Assembly: GCA_963845515.1 (NCBI GenBank)
Contig: CAWJSR010000006.1
Coordinates: 64,001 to 128,000 of the forward strand
Source of the DNA: an uncultured delta proteobacterium
Lineage (GTDB): Bacteria; Myxococcota; Myxococcia; Myxococcales; Anaeromyxobacteraceae
Length of the DNA: 64,000 bases
Direction of reading: 5' to 3'
Of the stretch, positions 21,307 through 30,948 are shown in pieces. The position numbers and the translations under genes were made by a program. How positions within the stretch are numbered: position 1 is the stretch's first letter; each line of letters starts with the position of its first letter. The notes under the pieces are model-generated. The model was not told the DNA's origin. It saw nothing but the letters and a program-made list of their open reading frames with translations, and searched no databases.

Positions 21307-23079
21307 TTACAGCGTGTGGCACGCCGAGCAGGCGGAGGTGCTCTCTCCCCCTTCGCCGCCCCACTGAACGCTGGTCTGGTTGAAGTGGCAGGCCACCGTC
21401 GAGCAGGTCTTCGTGCCAGGGTTCCACGCCGCGGACTGCAGGTGCATGGAGAGCGTGGAGCCGTCGTTCACGGCGTCCTGCGGCATGGGCTGGATCCCAG
21501 CGACCAGCGGGTATCCGTTCGAGAACCAGTAGGGACGGGTCGGCGTGTTCGGGCCGGCGGGGAGGGCAGCGGCCGCCCAGGCAGCGTCCATCCCCGACAG
21601 GTCTCCACGGGTGTCGAAGGCCACGTCGCGTGCGCCGTTGACGTGGAAGTGCGGCATCACCTTGCCTGAGCCCGCGGGCGCCCTCGTCCCGTCGTGGCAG
21701 CCGAGGCACGAGTACGTGTAGGTGATCAGCGCGTCGCTCAGCTCGTAGCTCCCCAGCGTGTCGAGATAGTAGAACGCAGACGGCCCTGCGTTGTCCGGAG
21801 CCGCCGTGAGGTAGTGGCACGTCTGGCAGGTGATCGGCGCCGAGGACTGACCGGACCAGTAGCCCGCGCCGCCGTGCTTGGAGTTCTCGTGCGTCACGCC
21901 GGGGAACCCTGCGTAGTGGCCCCACTCGTAGCCCAGGGTGGTGTCCAGGGCGACGTGGCTGTTGGCCGTGGCCGCGCCGGCGCCGCCGTTCGCGTAGTTG
22001 GGCGGGTTGGCGTGGCAGCCATCGCAGCCGAGCGTGACGCCAGAGCGCCATCCCGGGGAGGTGAGGAAGGATGGGGTGGCCTGGCCGGTCGAGTGGCAGT
22101 AGACGCCGCTGCAGGTGCCGGCGAGCTGGTCGTAGGAGGCCGCCGCGGAGTTGCGTTCCTTGAGGCTCCCCGCGGGGGCGCCAGCCGGCGACAGGTCGAC
22201 CATCCCCGTCGTGTGGTTCGCGACGTCCAGTGAGTGGCAGCTACCGCAGCCGAAGTCGTAGGCCGTCGCCGTGGCCGGGGTCAGGCTGGCCGCGCCGTAG
22301 ACCGTGGGTTCGGCCCTGACGTGGGCCGCGTGCGCGCCGGTCGCGGGAGGTGCGCCGTGGCAGCAGGTGCAGGCGCCGCCCGTGCACGTACCCGAAGAGA
22401 CGGTGGGGCGGCCGTCGATGTGCTTGCCACCCGCGACGTCAATCGTCGGGAGCCCACCGGCGTCGATCACGCCGGTCAGGGTCTGAGGGTGGCAGCCAGC
22501 GCACGGGTCCGAGGTGAGCGGGATGGTGACGGAGACCGCCGGGTGGCCGGAGTTCACCGGCGGGAACCCGTGGCAGGTGCCGCAGGCGGCCTGGCTGCCG
22601 TCCACGGTCGTCCACGTAGGCAGCTGATTGGAGCCGCCGTGGTCGAGGGTCGCTCCGTGGCAGTAGGTGTTGGCGCACTGCGCGGTCCGGGGGTCCCACG
22701 CGGCGGTCGGCGCGCTGCCGCTGGCCAGCTGCCCGAACGTCACGCGGGACGCGGTCCCCGCCGCCACGGCCGCGATGCCGGCCTCGTGCGCCTGCATGTC
22801 CGCGGGGACGACGTGGCACTCGGCGCACGGGATGGGGCCGCGAAGCCGGCCGGCGACCAGGTGCGCCTGGTGCGCCCCGACCTTCGGGTCCGTCGTCTCC
22901 GTCGCGCCGGCGACGCTCCTCGGCGGGGCCGCGTTGCCGTTGGCGCCGCCGTGGCATCGAACGCAGAGTTGCAGGGTGCCAGCGTCAGCGATGTCCCGCG
23001 ACGAACCGCACGCCGCAAGGGCCGCGACGGCCGCCAGGCCGAGGGCGGCGAGTGTCTTGTGTGAGCCGTCGTGGAGCAC
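21307..23079 (-). CDS. Multiheme c-type cytochrome lipoprotein (CxxxxCH/CxxCH domain), 13 heme motifs
   Basis: 10 CxxCH plus CANTYCH, CSGVYCH and CSTVACH; lipobox LAAC; start uncertain. Confidence 0.85.
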   Translation of the reverse strand: MLHDGSHKTLAALGLAAVAALAACGSSRDIADAGTLQLCVRCHGGANGNAAPPRSVAGATETTDPKVGAHQAHLVAGRLRGPIPCAECHVVPADMQAHEAGIAAVAAGTASRVTFGQLASGSAPTAAWDPRTAQCANTYCHGATLDHGGSNQLPTWTTVDGSQAACGTCHGFPPVNSGHPAVSVTIPLTSDPCAGCHPQTLTGVIDAGGLPTIDVAGGKHIDGRPTVSSGTCTGGACTCCHGAPPATGAHAAHVRAEPTVYGAASLTPATATAYDFGCGSCHSLDVANHTTGMVDLSPAGAPAGSLKERNSAAASYDQLAGTCSGVYCHSTGQATPSFLTSPGWRSGVTLGCDGCHANPPNYANGGAGAATANSHVALDTTLGYEWGHYAGFPGVTHENSKHGGAGYWSGQSSAPITCQTCHYLTAAPDNAGPSAFYYLDTLGSYELSDALITYTYSCLGCHDGTRAPAGSGKVMPHFHVNGARDVAFDTRGDLSGMDAAWAAAALPAGPNTPTRPYWFSNGYPLVAGIQPMPQDAVNDGSTLSMHLQSAAWNPGTKTCSTVACHFNQTSVQWGGEGGESTSACSACHTL

Positions 23080-23175
23080 CGGTACCCCCTGTATGAGGAT
23101 TGCCACCACGATAGACCCGGCTGGTCCTTCGTCGGTCACGGGTCAAGCGTGGAGCTCTCGGCCGACGGGACCCGC

Positions 23176-24255
23176 CTAGAACCTGAACGGCAGCGGCATC
23201 AGCCAGATGCCCAGCACGACCGCGGCGACGGCGACCAGCAGCGCGGCCGTCATCGCACGCCGCCGCTGCCGTCGGAGGACGAACGGGCTCGTGGGCCCCT
23301 CCTCCTCGCCGGGATGGTCGACGGCGCGCGTGGCGAGGAGCGAGGCGGCGTCGATCCTCGTGAGCGCCTCCTCCTCCTTCGCGAAGCCACGGTGGGTCAT
23401 GAGGGCGACGAGGCGCGCCTGCGGGTGCATCCCCCCCAGGATCTTCGCGGCGCAGGTGTCGAGCTCGCGCGCGAGGGCGCCGGCGGTCTTCCAGCGGGAC
23501 CTGGGCTTGCTCTCCAGGCAGCGCTCGACGGCGCGGGCCAGCCGGCGCGGGCAGTCCGGGATGATCGATCTGATGCGGCGGAAGGAGCCCCTCCGGATCG
23601 CGCCGAAGAGCTCGTCGGCGTCGCGCCCCTTGAACGGCTTCTCCCCGGCCATCAGCTCGTAGAGCGTGACGCCGAGCGCCCAGACGTCGGCCTTGGCGTC
23701 GGCAGGGTCACCGCCGAGCACCTCGGGGGCCAGGTAGGAGGGGCTGCCGACCAGCATCCCGGCGCGCGTGAGGTCGGTCTCGCGCTGGTCCTTCGCGATG
23801 CCGAAGTCCATCAGCTTCACCTCGCCGTCGCGCGAGAGCATGACGTTGGCGGGCTTCACGTCGCGGTGGAGGAGGTGGTTGAAGTGGACGTAGTCGAGCG
23901 CCTCGGCGACCCGCGCGCCGACGATGGCGGCGCACTCGGGCGGCAGCGTGCCCCCCTTCGCCAGCACGCGCGTGAGGTCCGCGCCGTCGACGAAGTCGGT
24001 GACGAGGTAGAGCGTGTCCTCCTTCTCCACCAGGTCGTGCACCGCGACGATGGCCTGGTGGCGAAGCTGGGCGTAGGCCCGCCCCTCGCGCCGGAAGCGC
24101 TCGACCAGCTCCTTGGAGCGCGCGAGCTTCGCGTCGAGCGCCTTGATCGCGACGGTGCGCTCGAGCGACTCCTGGCGGGCCTCGTAGACGATCCCCATGC
24201 CGCCGCGACCGATCTCGCGCTTGACCTCGCAGGTCCCGACTTTCCGGATTGCCAT
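23176..24255 (-). CDS. Hanks-type Ser/Thr protein kinase with C-terminal TM
   Basis: GRGGMG, VAIK, HRDVKPAN, DFGIAK, YLAPE and DVWALG. Confidence 0.95.
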   Translation of the reverse strand: MAIRKVGTCEVKREIGRGGMGIVYEARQESLERTVAIKALDAKLARSKELVERFRREGRAYAQLRHQAIVAVHDLVEKEDTLYLVTDFVDGADLTRVLAKGGTLPPECAAIVGARVAEALDYVHFNHLLHRDVKPANVMLSRDGEVKLMDFGIAKDQRETDLTRAGMLVGSPSYLAPEVLGGDPADAKADVWALGVTLYELMAGEKPFKGRDADELFGAIRRGSFRRIRSIIPDCPRRLARAVERCLESKPRSRWKTAGALARELDTCAAKILGGMHPQARLVALMTHRGFAKEEEALTRIDAASLLATRAVDHPGEEEGPTSPFVLRRQRRRAMTAALLVAVAAVVLGIWLMPLPFRF

Positions 24256-24451
24256 TGCGGATTCGGAGCTTGCGACGGTTCACCAACCGCTTGCAAGGGA
24301 TAGGGCAACCGGGGGCTGGGCCTACATGCGACCGATCTGCTAGGCTGCCTGTCCCAGCACGAGACCCGCAAGCTTTGCGCCAGCTAGTGCGCGGGCTCGA
24401 ACTGCCCCTTCGAACATCCGAACCCTCTCCCTTTTTTGCGCAGGAGTCCGA

Positions 24452-27400
24452 ATGGCAAGCAGGCGAATGGTGACAATGGACGGCAACGAGGCGGTCGCCT
24501 CGGTCGCCCACCGTATCAACGAGGTCATCGCCATCTACCCGATCACCCCGTCCTCCAACATGGGCGAGTGGGCGGACGAGTGGGCGGCGAAGGGCAGGAA
24601 GAACATCTGGGGCAGCGTCCCGAACGTGACCGAGATGCAGTCGGAGGGCGGCGCCTCCGGCGCGGTCCACGGGGCCCTTCAGGCGGGTGCGCTGACGACG
24701 ACCTTCACGGCGTCGCAGGGGCTCCTGCTGATGATCCCCAACCTCTACAAGATCGCCGGTGAGCTGACGTCGATGGCGATGCACGTCACGGCCCGCACGC
24801 TGGCGACGCACGCCCTGTCGATCTTCGGCGATCACTCGGACGTCATGGCGTGCCGGCAGACCGGCATGGGGCTGCTCTCCTCCGTCTCCGTCCAGGAGGC
24901 GCACGACTTCGCCGTGATCGCGCAGCGCGCGTCCCTGCTCTCGCGCGTCCCGATGCTCCACTTCTTCGACGGCTTCCGCACCTCCCACGAGGTCGCGAAG
25001 ATGGAGGAGCTGAACGACGAAGATCTGCGCGAGATGATCACGGACGATCTCGTCGCCGCCCACCGCGACCGCGCGCTGACGCCGGATCGGCCCGTGCTCC
25101 GCGGCTCGGCGCAGAACCCCGACGTCTTCTTCCAGGCGCGCGAAGCCATCAACCCGTACTACACGGCCGCCGCGTCCCACGTGCAGGCGTCGATGGACCT
25201 GTTCGCGAAGATCGCCGGGCGCAAGTACAAGCTCTTCGACTACGTCGGCCACCCGGAGGCCGAGCGCGTCATCGTGGCGATGGGCTCGGCGTGTGACACC
25301 ACGCAGGAGACCATCGAGCACCTCGTCGCCAAGGGCGAGAAGGTGGGGCTCGTCAAGGTCCGGCTCTACCGCCCCTTCGACCTCGGCGCGTTCATGACGT
25401 CGCTGCCTCGCTCGGTGCGCCAGATCGCCGTGCTCGACCGGACGAAGGAGCCCGGCAGCCTCGGCGAGCCGCTCTACATGGACGTCGTCACGGCGCTCCG
25501 TGAGGCGGAGCAGGCGCACATCGACCGCTTCCACCACGAGATCAAGGTGATCGGCGGCCGGTACGGCCTCTCGTCGAAGGAGTTCACGCCCGCGCAGGTC
25601 AAGGCGGTGTACGACGAGCTCGGGAAGGAGCGCCCCAAGCGCCACTTCACGGTCGGCATCCACGACGACGTGACCCACACGTCGCTCAAGGTGGACCCGA
25701 CGTTCGACATCGAGCAGGACGACGTCGTGCGCGGCCTCTTCTACGGCCTGGGCGCGGACGGCACCGTCGGCGCGAACAAGAACTCCATCAAGATCATCGG
25801 CGAGGACACGCCCAACTTCGCGCAGGGCTACTTCGTCTACGACTCGAAGAAGTCGGGCACGCTGACCACCAGCCACCTCCGCTTCGGGCCGCGGCCGATC
25901 CGCTCGGCCTACCTGATCACGAAGGCCAACTTCATCGCCTGCCACCAGTTCGGCTTCCTCGAGAAGTACGAGATGGTGGAGAACGCCGGGCCGGGCGCGA
26001 CCTTCCTGCTCAACTCGATCTACGGCGTCGACCAGGTCTGGGAGCACCTGCCGCGCGAGGTCCAGGAGCAGATCCTCGCCAAGAAGCTCAAGTTCTTCGT
26101 GATCGACGCCTACAAGGTCGCGAAGGACACCGGCATGGGGCTGCGCATCAACACCATCATGCAGACCTGCTTCTTCGCGGTCTCCGGCGTGCTCCCGCGC
26201 GACGAGGCGATCGGCCACATCAAGAAGACGATCGAGAAGACGTACTCCCGCAAGGGCGCCGACGTCGTGAAGAAGAACTTCGACGCGGTGGACCACACGC
26301 TGGCCCACCTCTACGAGGTGAACCTCGACGGCAAGAAGATCACCGGCCAGCCGCGCCCGCCGACCGTCGCGGAGATCGCGCCGGACTTCGTGAAGCGCGT
26401 CACCGGCCTGATGCTCGCCGGCAAGGGCGACATGCTGCCGGTCTCGGCCTTCCCGGTCGACGGCACGTGGCCCACTGGCACGGCGAAGTGGGAGAAGCGC
26501 TCCATCGCCCTCGAGATCCCGGTGTGGGAGCCGTCGCTCTGCATCCAGTGCAACAAGTGCGCGCTCATCTGCCCGCACGCGGCGATCCGGCCGAAGTTCT
26601 ACGCGCCCGAGCAGCTCGAGAAGGCGCCGGCCGGGTTCCTCTCGACGGACTACAAGTCGGCCGACGAGAAGGGGAAGAAGTACACCCTCCAGGTCGCGCC
26701 TGACGACTGCACCGGCTGCACCGTCTGCGTGGAGATGTGCCCGGCGGAGTCCAAGACCGAGAAGGGCAAGAAGGCCATCAACATGGTCGACGCCCTCGCC
26801 CTCAAGGAGAAGGAGCGCAAGAACTGGGACTTCTTCCTCTCGATCCCGGATCCGGATCGGACCAGGCTGAAGCTCGACGTCAAGGGGACGCAGTTCCTCG
26901 AGCCGCTCTTCGAGTTCTCGGGCGCGTGCTCCGGCTGCGGTGAGACGCCCTACATCAAGCTCCTCACCCAGCTCTACGGCGACCGCGCGATCATCGCCAA
27001 CGCCACCGGCTGCTCGTCGATCTTCAGCGGCAACCTGCCGACGACGCCGTACACGCACAGCGCGAGCGGCCGCGGCCCGGCCTGGTCCAACTCGCTCTTC
27101 GAGGACAACGCCGAGTTCGGCCTCGGGATGCGGCTCGCGATCGACAAGCAGACCGAGCTGGCCCGCGACTTCCTCGGGCGGCTCGGGGCGCAGCTCGGCG
27201 ACGCGTCGGTGAAGGAGCTCCTCGAGGCCGACCAGACGACCGAGGACGGGATCGCGAAGCAGCGTGAGCGCGTGCAGGCGGTCAAGGCCAGGCTGGCCAA
27301 GATCGACAACACCGACGCGCGCTACCTGCTCAAGGTCGTCGACTACCTGGTCCGGAAGTCGGTCTGGATCGTCGGCGGCGACGGCTGGGCGTACGACATC

Positions 27401-28039
27401 GGGTACGGCGGCCTCGATCACGTCATCGCGTCGGGCAAGGACGTGAACATCCTCGTCCTGGACACCGAGGTCTACTCCAACACCGGCGGGCAGGCCTCCA
27501 AGGCGACGCCGATGGGGGCCTCGGCCAAGTTCGCGATGGCCGGCAAGAACATGCCGAAGAAGGACCTCGCGATGCTGGCGATGAGCTACGGGCACCCGTA
27601 CGTCGCCCGGGTCGCGGTCGCCGCGAAGGACGCGCAGACGGTCAACGCGTTCAAGGAGGCCGACAGCTACTCCGGCGTCTCCGTGATCGTCGCCTACGCG
27701 CACTGCATCGCGCACGGCTACGACCTCGCCAACTCGATCCAGCAGCAGGAGCGCGCGGTCGACTCGGCCTACTGGCCGCTCTTCCGGTACGACCCGCGCC
27801 GGGTCGCCGCCGGCGAGAGCCCGCTCAAGATGGACAGCCCCGCGCCGAAGATCGACCTCGCGCAGTTCGTCGAGGGCGAGACCCGGTTCAAGACGGTGCA
27901 GACGTCCAACCCCGAGGGCTACAAGAGGATGATGGGGCAGGCGCAGAAGGACATCCGCGAGAAGTACGCGCTCTACGAGCAGCTCGCGAAGGCGATGAAC
28001 CCGGCCAACCTGGTGCCGGGCGGCGGCAACAAGCCGTAG
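24452..28039 (+). CDS. nifJ: Pyruvate:ferredoxin (flavodoxin) oxidoreductase
   Basis: YPITPSS, EMQSEGGA, two CxxCxxCxxxCP clusters, GACSGCGET and GGDGWAYDIGYGGLDH. Confidence 0.97.
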   Translation: MASRRMVTMDGNEAVASVAHRINEVIAIYPITPSSNMGEWADEWAAKGRKNIWGSVPNVTEMQSEGGASGAVHGALQAGALTTTFTASQGLLLMIPNLYKIAGELTSMAMHVTARTLATHALSIFGDHSDVMACRQTGMGLLSSVSVQEAHDFAVIAQRASLLSRVPMLHFFDGFRTSHEVAKMEELNDEDLREMITDDLVAAHRDRALTPDRPVLRGSAQNPDVFFQAREAINPYYTAAASHVQASMDLFAKIAGRKYKLFDYVGHPEAERVIVAMGSACDTTQETIEHLVAKGEKVGLVKVRLYRPFDLGAFMTSLPRSVRQIAVLDRTKEPGSLGEPLYMDVVTALREAEQAHIDRFHHEIKVIGGRYGLSSKEFTPAQVKAVYDELGKERPKRHFTVGIHDDVTHTSLKVDPTFDIEQDDVVRGLFYGLGADGTVGANKNSIKIIGEDTPNFAQGYFVYDSKKSGTLTTSHLRFGPRPIRSAYLITKANFIACHQFGFLEKYEMVENAGPGATFLLNSIYGVDQVWEHLPREVQEQILAKKLKFFVIDAYKVAKDTGMGLRINTIMQTCFFAVSGVLPRDEAIGHIKKTIEKTYSRKGADVVKKNFDAVDHTLAHLYEVNLDGKKITGQPRPPTVAEIAPDFVKRVTGLMLAGKGDMLPVSAFPVDGTWPTGTAKWEKRSIALEIPVWEPSLCIQCNKCALICPHAAIRPKFYAPEQLEKAPAGFLSTDYKSADEKGKKYTLQVAPDDCTGCTVCVEMCPAESKTEKGKKAINMVDALALKEKERKNWDFFLSIPDPDRTRLKLDVKGTQFLEPLFEFSGACSGCGETPYIKLLTQLYGDRAIIANATGCSSIFSGNLPTTPYTHSASGRGPAWSNSLFEDNAEFGLGMRLAIDKQTELARDFLGRLGAQLGDASVKELLEADQTTEDGIAKQRERVQAVKARLAKIDNTDARYLLKVVDYLVRKSVWIVGGDGWAYDIGYGGLDHVIASGKDVNILVLDTEVYSNTGGQASKATPMGASAKFAMAGKNMPKKDLAMLAMSYGHPYVARVAVAAKDAQTVNAFKEADSYSGVSVIVAYAHCIAHGYDLANSIQQQERAVDSAYWPLFRYDPRRVAAGESPLKMDSPAPKIDLAQFVEGETRFKTVQTSNPEGYKRMMGQAQKDIREKYALYEQLAKAMNPANLVPGGGNKP

Positions 28040-28061
28040 CCTGAAGGGACGAAGCGTCACT

Positions 28062-28099
28062 GGAGCCCGGATCGCCTCGCGGTCCGGGCTCCTTCAATT
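28062..28099 (+). terminator. Intrinsic terminator after nifJ
   Basis: ggagcccgga...tccgggctcc hairpin followed by ttcaatt. Confidence 0.7.
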
Positions 28100-28275
28100 C
28101 TGAGCGCGGCGCGCAGCTCCCTCTCCCTGGAGGGTCCGGGGTGAGGGCGGCTCCACCTGGGACCCCCGGTGCGGCGCGACCCGTCCCGCACTCCCAGCGC
28201 ACCTGCCCAACTGCCTGGATCAACAGCAGAAAAGACGTTGACTGGCGCGGCCCCCCCTTTGCATTTCGGCCGCGC

Positions 28276-28509
28276 GTGCCCTGTCCGCGCATCTCCACCT
28301 GCAAACTCGCCAGCGGGATCTCCATGCGCGAGGCCCTGCGGGTCTGGCAGAGCTTCTACTGCGAGGGGATGTACGGGCGCTGCGAGCGTTACAAGCTTGC
28401 CGAGAACGGCGTGGAGGTGCCGCTTCGCCTCCTCCCCAACGGCCGGCTGCAGGACGAGCCCCAGGTTTCGCTGCCCGAGCTGGATCTCCGGCGCGGCGTC
28501 CCCCGCTGA
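28276..28509 (+). CDS. Small four-Cys protein, putative metal binding
   Basis: GTG start; CP....C...YCEG...CERY...VP..LLPNG; GG-N10-GC motif ending TTGCA at 28249-28263. Confidence 0.6.
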   Translation: MPCPRISTCKLASGISMREALRVWQSFYCEGMYGRCERYKLAENGVEVPLRLLPNGRLQDEPQVSLPELDLRRGVPR

Positions 28510-28636
28510 CCTCGGGGCCGGCGCGCGAGCGCATCCCGGTTCCACGCCGGGCCGCGGCCGAATAGACTCCCCGGACAGATCGAAGGGCGGCCCCGCGCGT
28601 TGAATCAATGGGGCCCAACGCGAGGCCACCGGACAC

Positions 28637-29242
28637 GTGCCGCACGAGGAGAGCGACGAGAAGCTCATGCGGCGCTTCCAGGCCGGGGACGCCCGGGCCT
28701 TCGAGACGCTCGTGCGCAGACACCGGACCGCCCTCTGGAGCTTCCTCCTCCGCCACGTCGGCGAGCGCACGCGCGCCGAGGACCTGCTCCAGGAGACGCT
28801 CCTGCGCGCCGTGAAGGCGAGCGCGGAGTGGGAGGAGCGCGCGAAGGTCACCACCTGGCTCTTCACCATCGCGCGCAACCTGACACTCGACGACGCCCGG
28901 CGCGCGTTCCACAGGCGGACCGAGCCGCTGGAGGGGGCCGACGGCGACGGCCTCGCGCCGATCGACCGGACGGCCAGCGATGACCCGCCGCCCGACGCCT
29001 CCGCCGAGGGGGCGCTGCTGCGCCCCCGGCTCGAGGCTGCGCTCGCCGCGCTCCCGGTGGAGCAGCGCGAGGTCTTCCTCCTGCGCGAGCAGGGCGGCCT
29101 CGGCTTCAGGGAGATCGCCGAGGTGACCGGCGTCCCGGAGAACACGGTGAAGAGCCGGATGCGCTACGCGCTCGAGGGGCTGCGCAGGGCGCTGGCGACG
29201 CTGGGGATCACTCCCGAGGCGATGGGGAGCGCGACGCGATGA
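28637..29242 (+). CDS. ECF RNA polymerase sigma factor
   Basis: SDEKLM, AEDLLQETLL, TWLFTIARN and EIAEVTGVPENTVKSRMRYA. Confidence 0.92.
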   Translation: MPHEESDEKLMRRFQAGDARAFETLVRRHRTALWSFLLRHVGERTRAEDLLQETLLRAVKASAEWEERAKVTTWLFTIARNLTLDDARRAFHRRTEPLEGADGDGLAPIDRTASDDPPPDASAEGALLRPRLEAALAALPVEQREVFLLREQGGLGFREIAEVTGVPENTVKSRMRYALEGLRRALATLGITPEAMGSATR

Positions 29243-30384
29243 ACCACGAAGCCGCGAGCGAGAAGCTCCTCGAGCTGGCGTACGGCGAGCTGCCGCAGGG
29301 CGAGGCGCGCGCCGTCGAGGCGCACGCCGCCGCCTGCGACGCCTGCCGCGGGGAGCTTGCGAGCATCCGCGGAACGCGCGCCATGATGGCCCGGCTCCCG
29401 GTCGAGCCACCGCCGGAGCGCGGACTGGGGATCGTGCTCGCGGCAGCGCGCGAGGCCGCCGCCGCGCGCACCCGGAAGGGCTCGCTCCTGCCTCGCTGGC
29501 TCTGGGCAGGAGGCCTCGGAGCGGTGGCTGCGGCAGCGGTGGCCGTCGTCTCGTGGCAGCTCGCAAGGACCTCGCCAGAGGGCGGGCTCCAGGAGCGTGA
29601 GTCCGACCTGATGGGGCGCCCGCCCGCCATGGCCGCCGCGCCGGCCCCCGACCGTCGCGAAGCGGCAGAGCCGGCGGCCGAGCGCGCGAAGGAGGCGCCT
29701 GCCCTCGCCGCGGCGCCCGCCCCGAGCCCGCCGGCGAAGCCCGCGCCGGCTCCGAGGATGACCGGGCGGGCGGTGGAGCGCTCCCCGAAGCGCGGGGAGG
29801 CAGCCAGGATGATGGCCGAGGCCGAGACGGCCGCAGCCGGCGCGCCTGCCATGGACGAAGGAGCGGCGCCGGCTGGCGGGGCGAAGTGGGAGCGCGCCGA
29901 GGCTGCGGCGCCGCCACCCGCCGCCGAGCCCGCACCGCGCGCCGCGGCACGGCCGGCGTTCGCCGATGCCGAGCGCGTGGCCCCCGCGCCGGCACCGGAG
30001 CCGGCGCCGAAGGTCGCGCAGAGGTCAGCGCAGAAGGCGAGGTCGATGGCGCCTACCGAGCGGAAGTCCGCGGCGCCCTCGGCCGCCATGACGATGGCGG
30101 AGGACCGGGCGGAGCCGCAGGGGGTCGAGACGAGGGACTTCGCGGGCTGTCCCGGCGAGCGCCGGCGCGTCGTCGAGCGCGACGGGGACGGGCGCGTGGT
30201 CCGGTACGTTCGCGTCGGCGATCGGCGGACCGTCGAGCAGCGCTACGGCGCCGACGGGCGGCTGCGGTCGGCCTTCGAGACGGAGGACGGGGTGAAGCGC
30301 GCCCTGCCGCCCGACGCCCCGGGGCTCGTCCGGGACGCCCGCGACGCCGGGATCGACGCGCCGGCGCGGTGCTCGCTGCCATGA
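29239..30384 (+). CDS. zf-HC2 anti-sigma factor with Ala/Pro-rich linker and C-terminal domain
   Basis: HAAACDAC motif and TM helix; ATGA-coupled to the sigma gene. Confidence 0.85.
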   Translation: MNHEAASEKLLELAYGELPQGEARAVEAHAAACDACRGELASIRGTRAMMARLPVEPPPERGLGIVLAAAREAAAARTRKGSLLPRWLWAGGLGAVAAAAVAVVSWQLARTSPEGGLQERESDLMGRPPAMAAAPAPDRREAAEPAAERAKEAPALAAAPAPSPPAKPAPAPRMTGRAVERSPKRGEAARMMAEAETAAAGAPAMDEGAAPAGGAKWERAEAAAPPPAAEPAPRAAARPAFADAERVAPAPAPEPAPKVAQRSAQKARSMAPTERKSAAPSAAMTMAEDRAEPQGVETRDFAGCPGERRRVVERDGDGRVVRYVRVGDRRTVEQRYGADGRLRSAFETEDGVKRALPPDAPGLVRDARDAGIDAPARCSLP

Positions 30385-30842
30385 AGCTGCGCGTCGTCGC
30401 GGTGGGGCGCGATCGCTCCGGGCTCTTCGCGCCGGCGGTCGACGAGTACGCGAAGCGGCTCGCGCGCTACGCGAAGTTCGAGCTGGTCGAGGTCTCGGAG
30501 GCGAAGCGCCACGCGGGCACGCCGCGCGCGAAGGAGGAGGAGGGGGAGACGCTCCTCGCCCGGATCGGCGCGGCGGAGCGCGTGGTGCTGCTCGACGAGC
30601 GGGGCGCCGAGCCGACCAGCGTGGAGCTCGCCACCCGGCTCGCGAGGTGGCTCCAGCGCGGGCAGGACCTCGTCTTCGTGATCGGCGGCTCCGACGGCCA
30701 CTCCGACGCGATCCGGGCCCGGGCGCAGGAGACGCTCTCGCTCTCGCGGATGACGCTCGCCCACCGGCTGGCCCGCGTCGTGCTGCTGGAGCAGCTCTAC
30801 CGGGCCTTCACGATCCTGAAGGGCGAGCCGTACCATAAGTAG
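30381..30842 (+). CDS. rlmH: 23S rRNA pseudouridine-1915 N3-methyltransferase
   Basis: MKLRVVAVG, FVIGGSDG and LSLSRMTLAHRLARVVLLEQLYRAFTILKGEPYHK. Confidence 0.95.
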   Translation: MKLRVVAVGRDRSGLFAPAVDEYAKRLARYAKFELVEVSEAKRHAGTPRAKEEEGETLLARIGAAERVVLLDERGAEPTSVELATRLARWLQRGQDLVFVIGGSDGHSDAIRARAQETLSLSRMTLAHRLARVVLLEQLYRAFTILKGEPYHK

Positions 30843-30948
30843 GGGACGCGCCGCGTCACGCCGAATCACCCTTGCGCGGCAGCGGAGTTGGGCCGGCAAA
30901 CTGTATGATGCGCGCAGCCCCCGTCCTGGGCGCCCCTTGGAGGCACAC

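Noticed and set aside
23708..28060. 1450-aa minus-strand ORF and other long antisense ORFs (e.g. 45279..48554, 18399..20816)
   Set aside because: Shadow ORFs opposite well-supported genes, produced by high-GC codon bias; no recognisable motifs.
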